The notes beneath the pieces are model-generated. The model saw only the letters and a program-made list of their open reading frames with translations. It searched no databases and was not told where the DNA came from. 64,000 nucleotides of DNA from a virus: the IMG/VR virus record IMGVR_UViG_3300027709_000056, positions 96,001 to 160,000 of that record. One strand, 5' to 3'. How positions within the stretch are numbered: position 1 is the first letter of the stretch; each line of letters starts with the position of its first letter. Made by a program: the position numbers and the translations under genes. This document shows positions 56,613 to 64,000 of this stretch, in pieces.

Positions 56613-57456
56613 TCGTAACTCCCCAATTATCTATATTATCTTGGTTAAAAATAGAATGAATAATTCTACGTTCTTTTGCAAATGGTGTAGCTTCGCCACT
56701 AAAAATAAATCCAACTGTAACTCTAGGACTTGTTTCTTTTATCGGTAAGCCTTGATGTATATATTTGCTAGGAAATATAACCATTCTTCCTTCTTTCCAA
56801 GGAACTGAATGAACTTTATATGAAGACATTTCTCCTGGATGATTTGCAAAATCATCTTCATACCAAGTTCCGTCTTTTGTGCGTAATCCACCATCTTTGT
56901 TAGCCATCTCTTTTGTTCGTTGGAGTTCAGCATCTACTTCAGCTTCAGTAACTTTTCCTTGAGTTACACCGTGCGATAGTTCTGCTAATTTAGGATTTAA
57001 ATGTTCAGGATTGTTAGACCAAAATTCTAGGCCTGTATCGCCTTGTAAGAAATATACCATTGTATATGCAGGGCAATCGTCTTGAATATCAACGTGTAGT
57101 CCACCGGAATGTTTTTTAGTTGTTAAATTTACTTGTATTTGATTGCATTGAATGTTGCCAACAATTGGAGAAATAAGATTTTTATTTTCTTTTAATATTA
57201 ACCATATAGCCCATAATTCCCAAGGAGTATCATTTAATTCTTTATTAGCATTAGCATCGCCCCATTGGTCAGACCAAAATTGATATCCTTGATATGGTCC
57301 AAGACCTCTATGGCCGAATTGTAAGGGTAAGGAAGGTATTGTTTCTTTTGCTTGAGTATGTAACCATTTTGGAACAAGATCGTCTAGTACATAAATGTCG
57401 TCGGATAGTTTTTTAAAGGTCTCCGGTACTTCTATTTTCTGAGTGATGGATGTCAA
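56599..57456 (-). CDS. 2OG-Fe(II) oxygenase (long paralogue; TTG start inside mazG)
   Basis: HVD ... IFPSKYIHQG ... R; AGGAGG 5 nt upstream of TTG at 57456. Confidence 0.75.
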   Translation of the reverse strand: MTSITQKIEVPETFKKLSDDIYVLDDLVPKWLHTQAKETIPSLPLQFGHRGLGPYQGYQFWSDQWGDANANKELNDTPWELWAIWLILKENKNLISPIVGNIQCNQIQVNLTTKKHSGGLHVDIQDDCPAYTMVYFLQGDTGLEFWSNNPEHLNPKLAELSHGVTQGKVTEAEVDAELQRTKEMANKDGGLRTKDGTWYEDDFANHPGEMSSYKVHSVPWKEGRMVIFPSKYIHQGLPIKETSPRVTVGFIFSGEATPFAKERRIIHSIFNQDNIDNWGVTNEQK

Positions 57457-57823
57457 ATTTTCCTCCTGGGTACCTTGATTCAAGTTTTTTAACATTCTCT
57501 GCAATTACTTCATTAGGATCAAAGCCAAGACTCCGACAAGCAGAAGCCCAGTACCACATAATATCGCCCAGTTCTCGCTTGAGATGAAATACAGTTTCAT
57601 CGTTAAGTGGTTTACCTTGGAACAAACATTTTTTAACAATTTCACTAAATTCTCCTCCTTCACTGGATAATCCAATTGATGCTGTTAATAGTAATGATAT
57701 GTTAATTCCGGTTGTACTTTCTAGTTCTTGTACTCTACCAAAGAATGCACCGGACTTATCACTTTCTACTGACGTAACACCTTTAACAAACTCAACGTAA
57801 CGTTCTAAGTTAATGTTTTCCAA
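57413..57823 (-). CDS. mazG: MazG-like NTP pyrophosphohydrolase
   Basis: GLSSEGGEFSEIVKK, ELGDIMWY, KLESRYP. Confidence 0.9.
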   Translation of the reverse strand: MENINLERYVEFVKGVTSVESDKSGAFFGRVQELESTTGINISLLLTASIGLSSEGGEFSEIVKKCLFQGKPLNDETVFHLKRELGDIMWYWASACRSLGFDPNEVIAENVKKLESRYPGGKFDIHHSENRSTGDL

Positions 57824-57834
57824 CTTAATTTCCT

Positions 57835-58233
57835 TTATTTAGATATGTACGCATTATCAGGTTCTTCTTTCTGATAACCTATAATACCCGTAGGATCAAT
57901 TGTGCGTAAAACACAAACTTCGTCTTCATCTGGAAGTTGCATATTAAATCCTCTTGTCCAACGTCCGTGTTCAACAAGAATCCAATCACCAACTTCAAAT
58001 TCGTCTTTATTCTCGTGGCCTTTAGCATACACCTTGCCCCAGCGAGGTTTAATGCCACGATCTTTTCCATCATCGTGTGTAAGAATAATGCCGCCTTGAG
58101 TTTTCATTTCACCGAAGTGCATTTCTCTAACAATAACTCGATCATGTAGAGGTCTAATATGACCTTTATAAATTGTTACGGGTTTGGCTGGGCCACCCAT
58201 ATCCTCCATGTCAACATTACTGAAATGTTCCAT
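57835..58233 (-). CDS. groES: GroES-like co-chaperonin
   Basis: IRPLHDRVIV, GGIIL, VGDWIL; N-terminal extension. Confidence 0.8.
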   Translation of the reverse strand: MEHFSNVDMEDMGGPAKPVTIYKGHIRPLHDRVIVREMHFGEMKTQGGIILTHDDGKDRGIKPRWGKVYAKGHENKDEFEVGDWILVEHGRWTRGFNMQLPDEDEVCVLRTIDPTGIIGYQKEEPDNAYISK

Positions 58234-58646
58234 TAGTCACCTTTTTTTACAAAGTTGCCATCGTCGTCTTCAACCCATTCAGCATCTTTCTCTGCTTCTA
58301 CTACTGGGTCTGGTGTTACTTCAGTTTTAGCTTCAACTTTTGCTTTAGTTTTGCGTGATGTTTTTGTAGGTTTAGGTACAACAACATCTTCTTTTTGAAC
58401 TTCGTCAACACCACGTCCAGGCACTTCATCTGGAACTGCCTGTGGATGGTCTCTGTAATAATCGGCCATGACTTCTTCACGCTTACGGACAATTTTGCCA
58501 CCTGGGCCTAATTCATCGCCGCGAGCATTTACACGAACATTACCAACTGCTGGAGTTAATTCGTTTTTCTGACGTAAAAGATCCATATCAATAGCTTTAC
58601 CTTGCATTGATACGTGTTGTTTACGTCCAGTTTGTTTAATTGCCAT
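58233..58646 (-). CDS. Hypothetical protein
   Basis: 137 aa; SD AGGAG; GATAAATAC motif at 58667-58675. Confidence 0.75.
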   Translation of the reverse strand: MAIKQTGRKQHVSMQGKAIDMDLLRQKNELTPAVGNVRVNARGDELGPGGKIVRKREEVMADYYRDHPQAVPDEVPGRGVDEVQKEDVVVPKPTKTSRKTKAKVEAKTEVTPDPVVEAEKDAEWVEDDDGNFVKKGD

Positions 58647-58670
58647 TTTGGTCTCCTATTATGTACGTAT

Positions 58671-59195
58671 TTATCTCATGAACTCATTGTACTCTAGTCC
58701 ATACTGGATTGAGTTAATTTTGTGTATTCCAATTAAGTATAGCACATAACTAGCTACACTTGAACCTCGTCCTACACCCCATACAATCTTATTTTCTCTC
58801 ATTATATCTACCAAATATACAAGAAATCTTAATAAATTAAATAGTCCACGCTTTTTATATTCGTCCATTTCATCACGCACCCTTGTTATTTCTTTAGGTT
58901 CAGATGCTTTGTTTAAAACGTAATTGTAGATATCTAAATCTTTATACTTGTCCGGCATAAACCATTCTGATTGAAGAGCTTCGTCGAACTGTTTTTGATC
59001 ATATGGGAGTGGTTGGTATTCTTTTAATGGTAAAAGATCTACACCAAGTTTTTTTAGGTATTCGTTATATAAATCGGCATCACCACTCTTCTCTACTAAA
59101 AGTTTAGAAAGTTTGTCACCTTTTCCTTCATAAATTAAATTTACGATATCAAGCTGACTGAAGCGTGGAACTCCAAGCTCATCTAATTTCATCAT
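58671..59195 (-). CDS. Stand-alone fragment homologous to DNA polymerase III alpha (DnaE) palm region
   Basis: RVRDEM...GVGRGSSVASYVLYLIGIHKINSIQYGLEYNEF mirrors RL..EL...GPGRGSGAGSLVAYAL.ITDLDP...LLFERF. Confidence 0.75.
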   Translation of the reverse strand: MMKLDELGVPRFSQLDIVNLIYEGKGDKLSKLLVEKSGDADLYNEYLKKLGVDLLPLKEYQPLPYDQKQFDEALQSEWFMPDKYKDLDIYNYVLNKASEPKEITRVRDEMDEYKKRGLFNLLRFLVYLVDIMRENKIVWGVGRGSSVASYVLYLIGIHKINSIQYGLEYNEFMR

Positions 59196-59203
59196 ATTAA
59201 CTT

Positions 59204-59232
59204 ATTTTAACTGATATCAACAAGTTTGTCAA
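59204..59232 (-). promoter_or_regulatory. sigma70-type promoter
   Basis: TTGACA-17 nt-TAAAAT upstream of the mini-DnaE gene. Confidence 0.7.
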
Positions 59233-59434
59233 GATCTTTATTGCCGGAATTGTTCATTCTAGCTTTAATTTGGCGTTCACTCACTTCTAGTTTGTGGGCA
59301 TTTAGCATTAAAGAAATTTGTCTTTTTGCTTCTGGGTTCCGGGTTTGGAAATATTTTTTGGTAAGCTCTGCGATTTTTTCATCGATTTCTTTATCAGAGA
59401 GTACCGCTAAATTTTCTGCTAAAGGATGGATCAT
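59207..59434 (-). CDS. Hypothetical helical protein
   Basis: 75-aa ORF. Confidence 0.7.
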   Translation of the reverse strand: MIHPLAENLAVLSDKEIDEKIAELTKKYFQTRNPEAKRQISLMLNAHKLEVSERQIKARMNNSGNKDLDKLVDIS

Positions 59435-59444
59435 TTATTACCTA

Positions 59445-60011
59445 TTAAGTAAACGTACTAACATAGTGACCAAATACTGTAGTTCCACCGTCTGAAGTCC
59501 AAAAGTCAATAACCATTGGATTTACATTACTTGCTACGACAAATGGGCTAGGAAAACTAGCATCGTATTTAATTGTTCCACCACCTGATGTTGCCCAAGT
59601 AACTGTTCTTGCAGTACTGTCACCTAAAGTATCTAATAACATTAATCTTATTTTACCAACTTTTCCTGCCGCTGGCCAATCAGTAAAAGTTAGTGTAATA
59701 TTTGCACCAATAGTAAATGTTTGGAAATTACCATTAGTGAAACTAATATTTTGAGGTCCAACTACTGTTCCACCTGCATACAGTTTTTCTGTATTAGCAG
59801 TAAGTGTTGCACCAGTAACTTCATTACCTAGAAAGTCATTATCAGCATTAAGTTTAGCCGTGTTTGTTTGTAGATCTTCGATTTCACTTTTGGCCGCAGT
59901 AAAGTTGTTCTTTATTGTGCTAAAGTTATTACGAAACCCTTGGCTATCGTTATCCTGGCCTGCTATAGGATATGTAGCATCAATGCTTGTATTGTCAATA
60001 TTACTTGCCAT
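59445..60011 (-). CDS. Putative virion structural protein
   Basis: 188 aa, N-terminal coiled coil then beta-rich; GATAAATA motif at 60034-60041. Confidence 0.6.
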   Translation of the reverse strand: MASNIDNTSIDATYPIAGQDNDSQGFRNNFSTIKNNFTAAKSEIEDLQTNTAKLNADNDFLGNEVTGATLTANTEKLYAGGTVVGPQNISFTNGNFQTFTIGANITLTFTDWPAAGKVGKIRLMLLDTLGDSTARTVTWATSGGGTIKYDASFPSPFVVASNVNPMVIDFWTSDGGTTVFGHYVSTFT

Positions 60012-60045
60012 TATTTTTCCTCTCTAGTATATATATTTATCGCCT

Positions 60046-63000
60046 TTAAACATTAAAGGCATAGTTCCCGAAGGGAATATATTGCTCATAGCTATTTCCT
60101 TCGGTTGCGTCTATTATGTATCTATCAATTTCAAAGTCTAATTGTCTAAAATTGAACTCGCTATTAGCGATATTTAGTAATATAGTAGCACTAGTTCCTG
60201 GTTTACAGTAGCATAATGGAACACCTGTAACAAATCCTAGCTCTTGTACTGAATTGCTTTGGGAAGTAGTCATCCATAATGGTAAAAAGTCACGTTCTGT
60301 AAGTCCAACTGTTTTTATATTATTACGCATATTTGTAACATTACTAATATATCGTTTACTGTTAGTAATATCACTAATTTGTATAGCATCACTATCTGTT
60401 TTAATTGGTGTACCTTGAGGTCTCCATCTAAATGGATCACTTGTTGTTGTAGCAATTTGTTGGGCAGTTACAGTATCACCATTTAATAACTGAACTGTTA
60501 TGACACCGTTCGCATCATAAATTACAGTTCCTGTTCTAGTAATAATTTCGAGATCGTTACCAAATGCTAATACTTGAATAATCTGTCCTGTTGCATTTAC
60601 AATTTCAAATACGGCTACACCTGCTCCTTGTTTAGTAACATCATCAAATGCTTCATAGTCTACACTATCAACTGTAATTTGCTCTTCAGTTTTCATTCTT
60701 ACTGAAGATTTAACGTCAGTAGATCCTGTTGATTCATACGGGTCAAATACTTCTAAATAAACTACTTCATATTCAATATCGTTACTACCGGCTTTTTTAG
60801 CAACCGCAGTTTTAACTTGACCTAGTTTAAATTGTTTTCTAGAATGATTCTTTCTTGATACTGCAACATATTCTCTAATAGATTTTGTTTCAATTCCAGC
60901 ATATATTAACATTTTAATTTGTTTTTGTAAACCAAACGAAGGATCATTGGGTCTGTAAATACTTGCAGGTGTAAAGATATTAGGATCACCAATAAAGTTA
61001 TTATAAAGAGTTCGTTGTGCTGGCTTCATAAAAGGCTTAACAGATATATTACTATAAGTTATATTATCTGGATCACTAACTACAACATTAAATTCTCTTG
61101 AAATAGCACTGAATCCAAAACGGTCTCTTGCTTCTATAGTAAATCTAAATTTTCTATCTAAAGTAGTTGTAGAACCATCTAGTTGAAATGCATTTTTATC
61201 AATTGTTGATAATCCTTTTTCCCATAGTTCTGATTCTGAGTTAAATTTTCTAAACTGATTAACTTTACCAACAAGTTCTCCATTTGGATTTAATTTTAAT
61301 CCTGGAGGTAATTCGCCAGCAGTAACTCTATATAATAATGCACTAAGAATTGATTGGTCAAGTATTTTTGCTACAACACTAAACGTACTAACAAAGTTTG
61401 CATTAATACTTCCTAAACTTGCGGCAGTTGTCCATTCGATAGAAGTTTCTACTTCTCCTAAAATATTAACTGTAAATGTTTTTGGCTTTTCTGCTAATAA
61501 AACATTTGCTCCAGTAAAGCGTCTTGCTTTAACTGTAAATTTATATTCTTTTGTAACTGCTGGTTGATAAGGAACTCGTCCTGCAATTTCTCCTGTAGCA
61601 ACATCTAATACCATTCCTGGAGGCAACACACTAGCAGAATTATCATCGTTGTATTGTTGTAACTCATATGACAATGCACCAACAATAGTATTTGGATCAA
61701 ATACATCTAAGTAAATTGTTACATAATTGTTTGCTCGTTTATATCCTATGTTAGCAGGAGTTAACCAAACTGGAGTTCTAAGGAATGTATTATCAGCTGT
61801 AAATATTCCTGTACCAACTTGCATAATTGTATTATCTGCACGTAAGAAATCATCTCCAACTAGGAATATTATAAATTTTCTTTTTTCAACAGTATCACCG
61901 TCACTAACACTTACAGTAAATTCAAAAAATCTATTAAGTTTCTTTGGACTTTGAGTTTCTATAGCAGAGTCATAACCTTGCGTATCATAAAAATAACTTT
62001 CGTATCCGTTAGCACTTCTTAAACCAAAGTCGAATGGATATTTGTCAAATATTGTAGTATCATAAAATCCGCTACCAGCCGCTAAATCTAATGCTAAAAT
62101 AGGTTCAACAATTCCAACAAGTCTACCATCTTTAGTTAATTGTATTCCTGGAGGTAATACGCCATCTCCATCTGCGAGATAATATTCTAAATTGTCTCCT
62201 GCTGGTAAGTCAGGATCAATTGCTTCAAGTTGAAAATCAACAATACTGCTATCGATAATGTAAAAAGAATTATTAGGACCTATTGGAAGTTTACCTTCGT
62301 TAGTTGTCCAAACTGGAGCATCAGGTCCATTTACAGTAATTTTATATGTTCTATCTTGAATACCTGCGGCATTTGTAGCACGTAATACAAATTCGTATTC
62401 TGTACTACGTTGAACTTCGAATGGAGTTCCTACAACTTTATTTTCTTCTAATCGCATTCCTGGCGGCAATGTACCACTTATTAAACTTACAATGTTAGTA
62501 TTAAGTGTAAATGTTGTTGTTGATCCTGCTTCTAAATAAATGTCAGGAGTACTAACGTATGCATACGCCATAAAGCTCTTTACAATTACTTTCATAAAGT
62601 CTTCTAGAGTATGTGCCGCACCAGCTTTATAATGAGTTACTTGTCCACCTAAGTAACTGTAATAATATGTAGCATTTGTACCATAAAATATTCCGCCTGC
62701 ATCTGGAATTATAGCACCTGTGTATCCTTGGCTTTTTGCTAAAGCATACGTAGAATCTTGTGCAGATAAAAATGTTACACCATTAGCAACACCACCACTA
62801 TACGGAATAGTTGTATCAGTTGCTCCGTGAATAGTTAATAGTCTTTTATTTTGTAATGGAACTGTTGCTGTGTTATAGTCAGAAGCTGTATTACCAGTCT
62901 CTCCTGATGGAAAATAAAATATATCATTTCGGTATTGTGGGTCAAATAGTTGTGACGCAATTGTTACATATGAATGAACATCAGGATCGTCAATTTCAAG

Positions 63001-63546
63001 AAATGCTCTATGCACCATTGCTGACCCGAGGCCGAATCCAATAAATTTTATTCTTGTTTGATCAACATTATTAAAACCTTTTAATGCTGTAATTAAATCT
63101 TTAAGCATATCTATATCAGGTGCTTTAGACGTTTCAGTTGCAATATTCCAAGAACTGAGATAGCCAGTTGGAGCAACTATAATATGATCGCCTACATAGT
63201 TTTCCCATTCAGAAATTTGAGATGTTCCATCGCTACCATCGTCGTGTAGTATAATAGCTACTGGAATTTTTTTACCAGTTAATGCCGGAATAGTAGGTGT
63301 TCTAATAGCTACAGGATATGTATAGCCGCTAGGTTGTTGTGACCAAGTTTTAGTTATACTTAGGTCTGTTGAATTTGTTAATGTAGGTAATGGTTCGCTA
63401 CTTAAATCTGTTATGTCAGGTTTAAATAAAGACCCAAGATCTTCACTTGACGCATCTAAAGGTAGAGTAATTGATGTTGTTACCCTTTCCTCTAGTGTTG
63501 CTAGTGTGTGTCCTGATAATTCTGTCCAAACTGGTAAATTTGCCAT
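60046..63546 (-). CDS. Large virion/baseplate protein with Ig-like repeats and an inserted alpha/beta-hydrolase domain
   Basis: Repeated G.LPPG..L...G.I.G motifs; esterase-like domain with GFGLG in place of GxSxG; GATAAATAC motif at 63572-63580. Confidence 0.75.
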   Translation of the reverse strand: MANLPVWTELSGHTLATLEERVTTSITLPLDASSEDLGSLFKPDITDLSSEPLPTLTNSTDLSITKTWSQQPSGYTYPVAIRTPTIPALTGKKIPVAIILHDDGSDGTSQISEWENYVGDHIIVAPTGYLSSWNIATETSKAPDIDMLKDLITALKGFNNVDQTRIKFIGFGLGSAMVHRAFLEIDDPDVHSYVTIASQLFDPQYRNDIFYFPSGETGNTASDYNTATVPLQNKRLLTIHGATDTTIPYSGGVANGVTFLSAQDSTYALAKSQGYTGAIIPDAGGIFYGTNATYYYSYLGGQVTHYKAGAAHTLEDFMKVIVKSFMAYAYVSTPDIYLEAGSTTTFTLNTNIVSLISGTLPPGMRLEENKVVGTPFEVQRSTEYEFVLRATNAAGIQDRTYKITVNGPDAPVWTTNEGKLPIGPNNSFYIIDSSIVDFQLEAIDPDLPAGDNLEYYLADGDGVLPPGIQLTKDGRLVGIVEPILALDLAAGSGFYDTTIFDKYPFDFGLRSANGYESYFYDTQGYDSAIETQSPKKLNRFFEFTVSVSDGDTVEKRKFIIFLVGDDFLRADNTIMQVGTGIFTADNTFLRTPVWLTPANIGYKRANNYVTIYLDVFDPNTIVGALSYELQQYNDDNSASVLPPGMVLDVATGEIAGRVPYQPAVTKEYKFTVKARRFTGANVLLAEKPKTFTVNILGEVETSIEWTTAASLGSINANFVSTFSVVAKILDQSILSALLYRVTAGELPPGLKLNPNGELVGKVNQFRKFNSESELWEKGLSTIDKNAFQLDGSTTTLDRKFRFTIEARDRFGFSAISREFNVVVSDPDNITYSNISVKPFMKPAQRTLYNNFIGDPNIFTPASIYRPNDPSFGLQKQIKMLIYAGIETKSIREYVAVSRKNHSRKQFKLGQVKTAVAKKAGSNDIEYEVVYLEVFDPYESTGSTDVKSSVRMKTEEQITVDSVDYEAFDDVTKQGAGVAVFEIVNATGQIIQVLAFGNDLEIITRTGTVIYDANGVITVQLLNGDTVTAQQIATTTSDPFRWRPQGTPIKTDSDAIQISDITNSKRYISNVTNMRNNIKTVGLTERDFLPLWMTTSQSNSVQELGFVTGVPLCYCKPGTSATILLNIANSEFNFRQLDFEIDRYIIDATEGNSYEQYIPFGNYAFNV

Positions 63547-63585
63547 TATGCTTTATATCCCTTAACTTACAGTATTTATCGGATA

Positions 63586-63999
63586 TTAAGCATACTTGTC
63601 TAGATTGTTTTCGAACTCATGTAAACGCTTCCATATACTGCGAAGCTCTGTAATAGTGGTCCAGTTCTCTAAAAATAATGCAAATCCACCATGAACCTTC
63701 TGGAAAGCATTTGATACTTGCACAACTACGCCTAATAGTATAGCACCTGTAAATAAACTAGGTCCAACAATTAAGTACGGTACAATTATCATAAATTGAT
63801 CGTAAGTAATACGCCAAGTATCAAAGTACCCATAATGCATATAAAGTCTATGATAATTGAAGCGTATACCAGTGAATAAACTCCATAGTGTTTCCGGTTG
63901 TGCATAATTGTCTTTGTCATCTTCACCTAATACTAAATCTTTTCTAAATGCGGCTTCTACTTTTTGATTATTATATTCAAGCCCTGGAAGTTTCCATCC
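63586..63999 (-). CDS. sbmA: SbmA/BacA-family peptide transporter, C-terminal part (runs off window)
   Basis: Frame open to window edge: GWKLPGLEYNNQKVEAAFRKDLVLGEDD...LFTGIRFNYHRLY matches the SbmA/BacA signature region. Confidence 0.85.
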   Translation of the reverse strand, partial: GWKLPGLEYNNQKVEAAFRKDLVLGEDDKDNYAQPETLWSLFTGIRFNYHRLYMHYGYFDTWRITYDQFMIIVPYLIVGPSLFTGAILLGVVVQVSNAFQKVHGGFALFLENWTTITELRSIWKRLHEFENNLDKYA

Positions 64000-64000
64000 A

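Noticed and set aside
57451-57456. TTGACA as a -35 box
   Set aside because: No -10 element at 16-18 nt; better explained as the TTG start codon of the long oxygenase
58671-59195. dnaE pseudogene
   Set aside because: Has its own promoter, a clean start and stop, and a non-DnaE-like N-terminal half, consistent with a purpose-built small gene; kept as a finding instead
1-64000. Bacterial chromosome or host contamination because of purC, hemB, clpA, dnaJ, def, fdxA, sbmA
   Set aside because: These genes are interleaved and translationally coupled with T4-type replication, lysis and virion genes; no housekeeping operon context
1-64000. Stop-codon reassignment
   Set aside because: Standard code gives full-length motif-complete proteins using TAA, TAG and TGA stops with near-complete coverage
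1-64000. CRISPR array, tRNA or rRNA genes
   Set aside because: Intergenic gaps are short and explained by promoters, terminators or small ORFs; no spaced direct repeats or cloverleaf seen by eye (tRNAscan not run)

Overview
64 kb segment of a large, AT-rich, T4-superfamily (probably jumbo) myovirus genome, not a cellular chromosome. Almost all genes lie on the minus strand, densely packed with ATGA/TAATG overlaps. Replication genes: family B DNA polymerase, sliding-clamp-like protein, clamp loader, T4-type RNase H, DsbA-like protein. DNA modification: a 7-deazaguanine cluster (folE, queD-like, queE, TGT/DpdA-like; no queC in this window) interleaved with a glycosyltransferase, phosphoribosyltransferase, HIT, cupin and oxygenase. 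Auxiliary metabolic genes: purC, hemB, thyX, mazG, phoH, fdxA, FTR1 iron permease, partial sbmA and six 2OG-Fe(II) oxygenases. Proteostasis: clpA, def, dnaJ, groES, parvulin. Lysis: GH108 endolysin and two spanins. Virion genes are also present. Two promoter classes are readable: sigma70 TTGACA-17-TATAAT and a late-type (G)ATAAATA motif. The FdxA ferredoxin suggests an alphaproteobacterial, probably aquatic, host (inference). Most notable: (1) a late ExbB/MotA + ExbD/MotB-like + third membrane-protein cassette beside the lysis genes; (2) an unannotated 34-aa, 9-Cys metallothionein-like gene with its own late promoter and SD; (3) an operon of proteins sharing a capsid-targeting-like N-terminus, with modular cargo (nucleotidyltransferase-ART, ParB-HAD, Cys-rich); (4) the glycosyltransferase-containing deazaguanine cluster; (5) three apparently inactivated host-like folds (ACP lacking its Ser, mini-DnaE ending before its catalytic Asps, esterase lacking its nucleophile). 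All family calls are from motif recognition by eye; no database searches were run.
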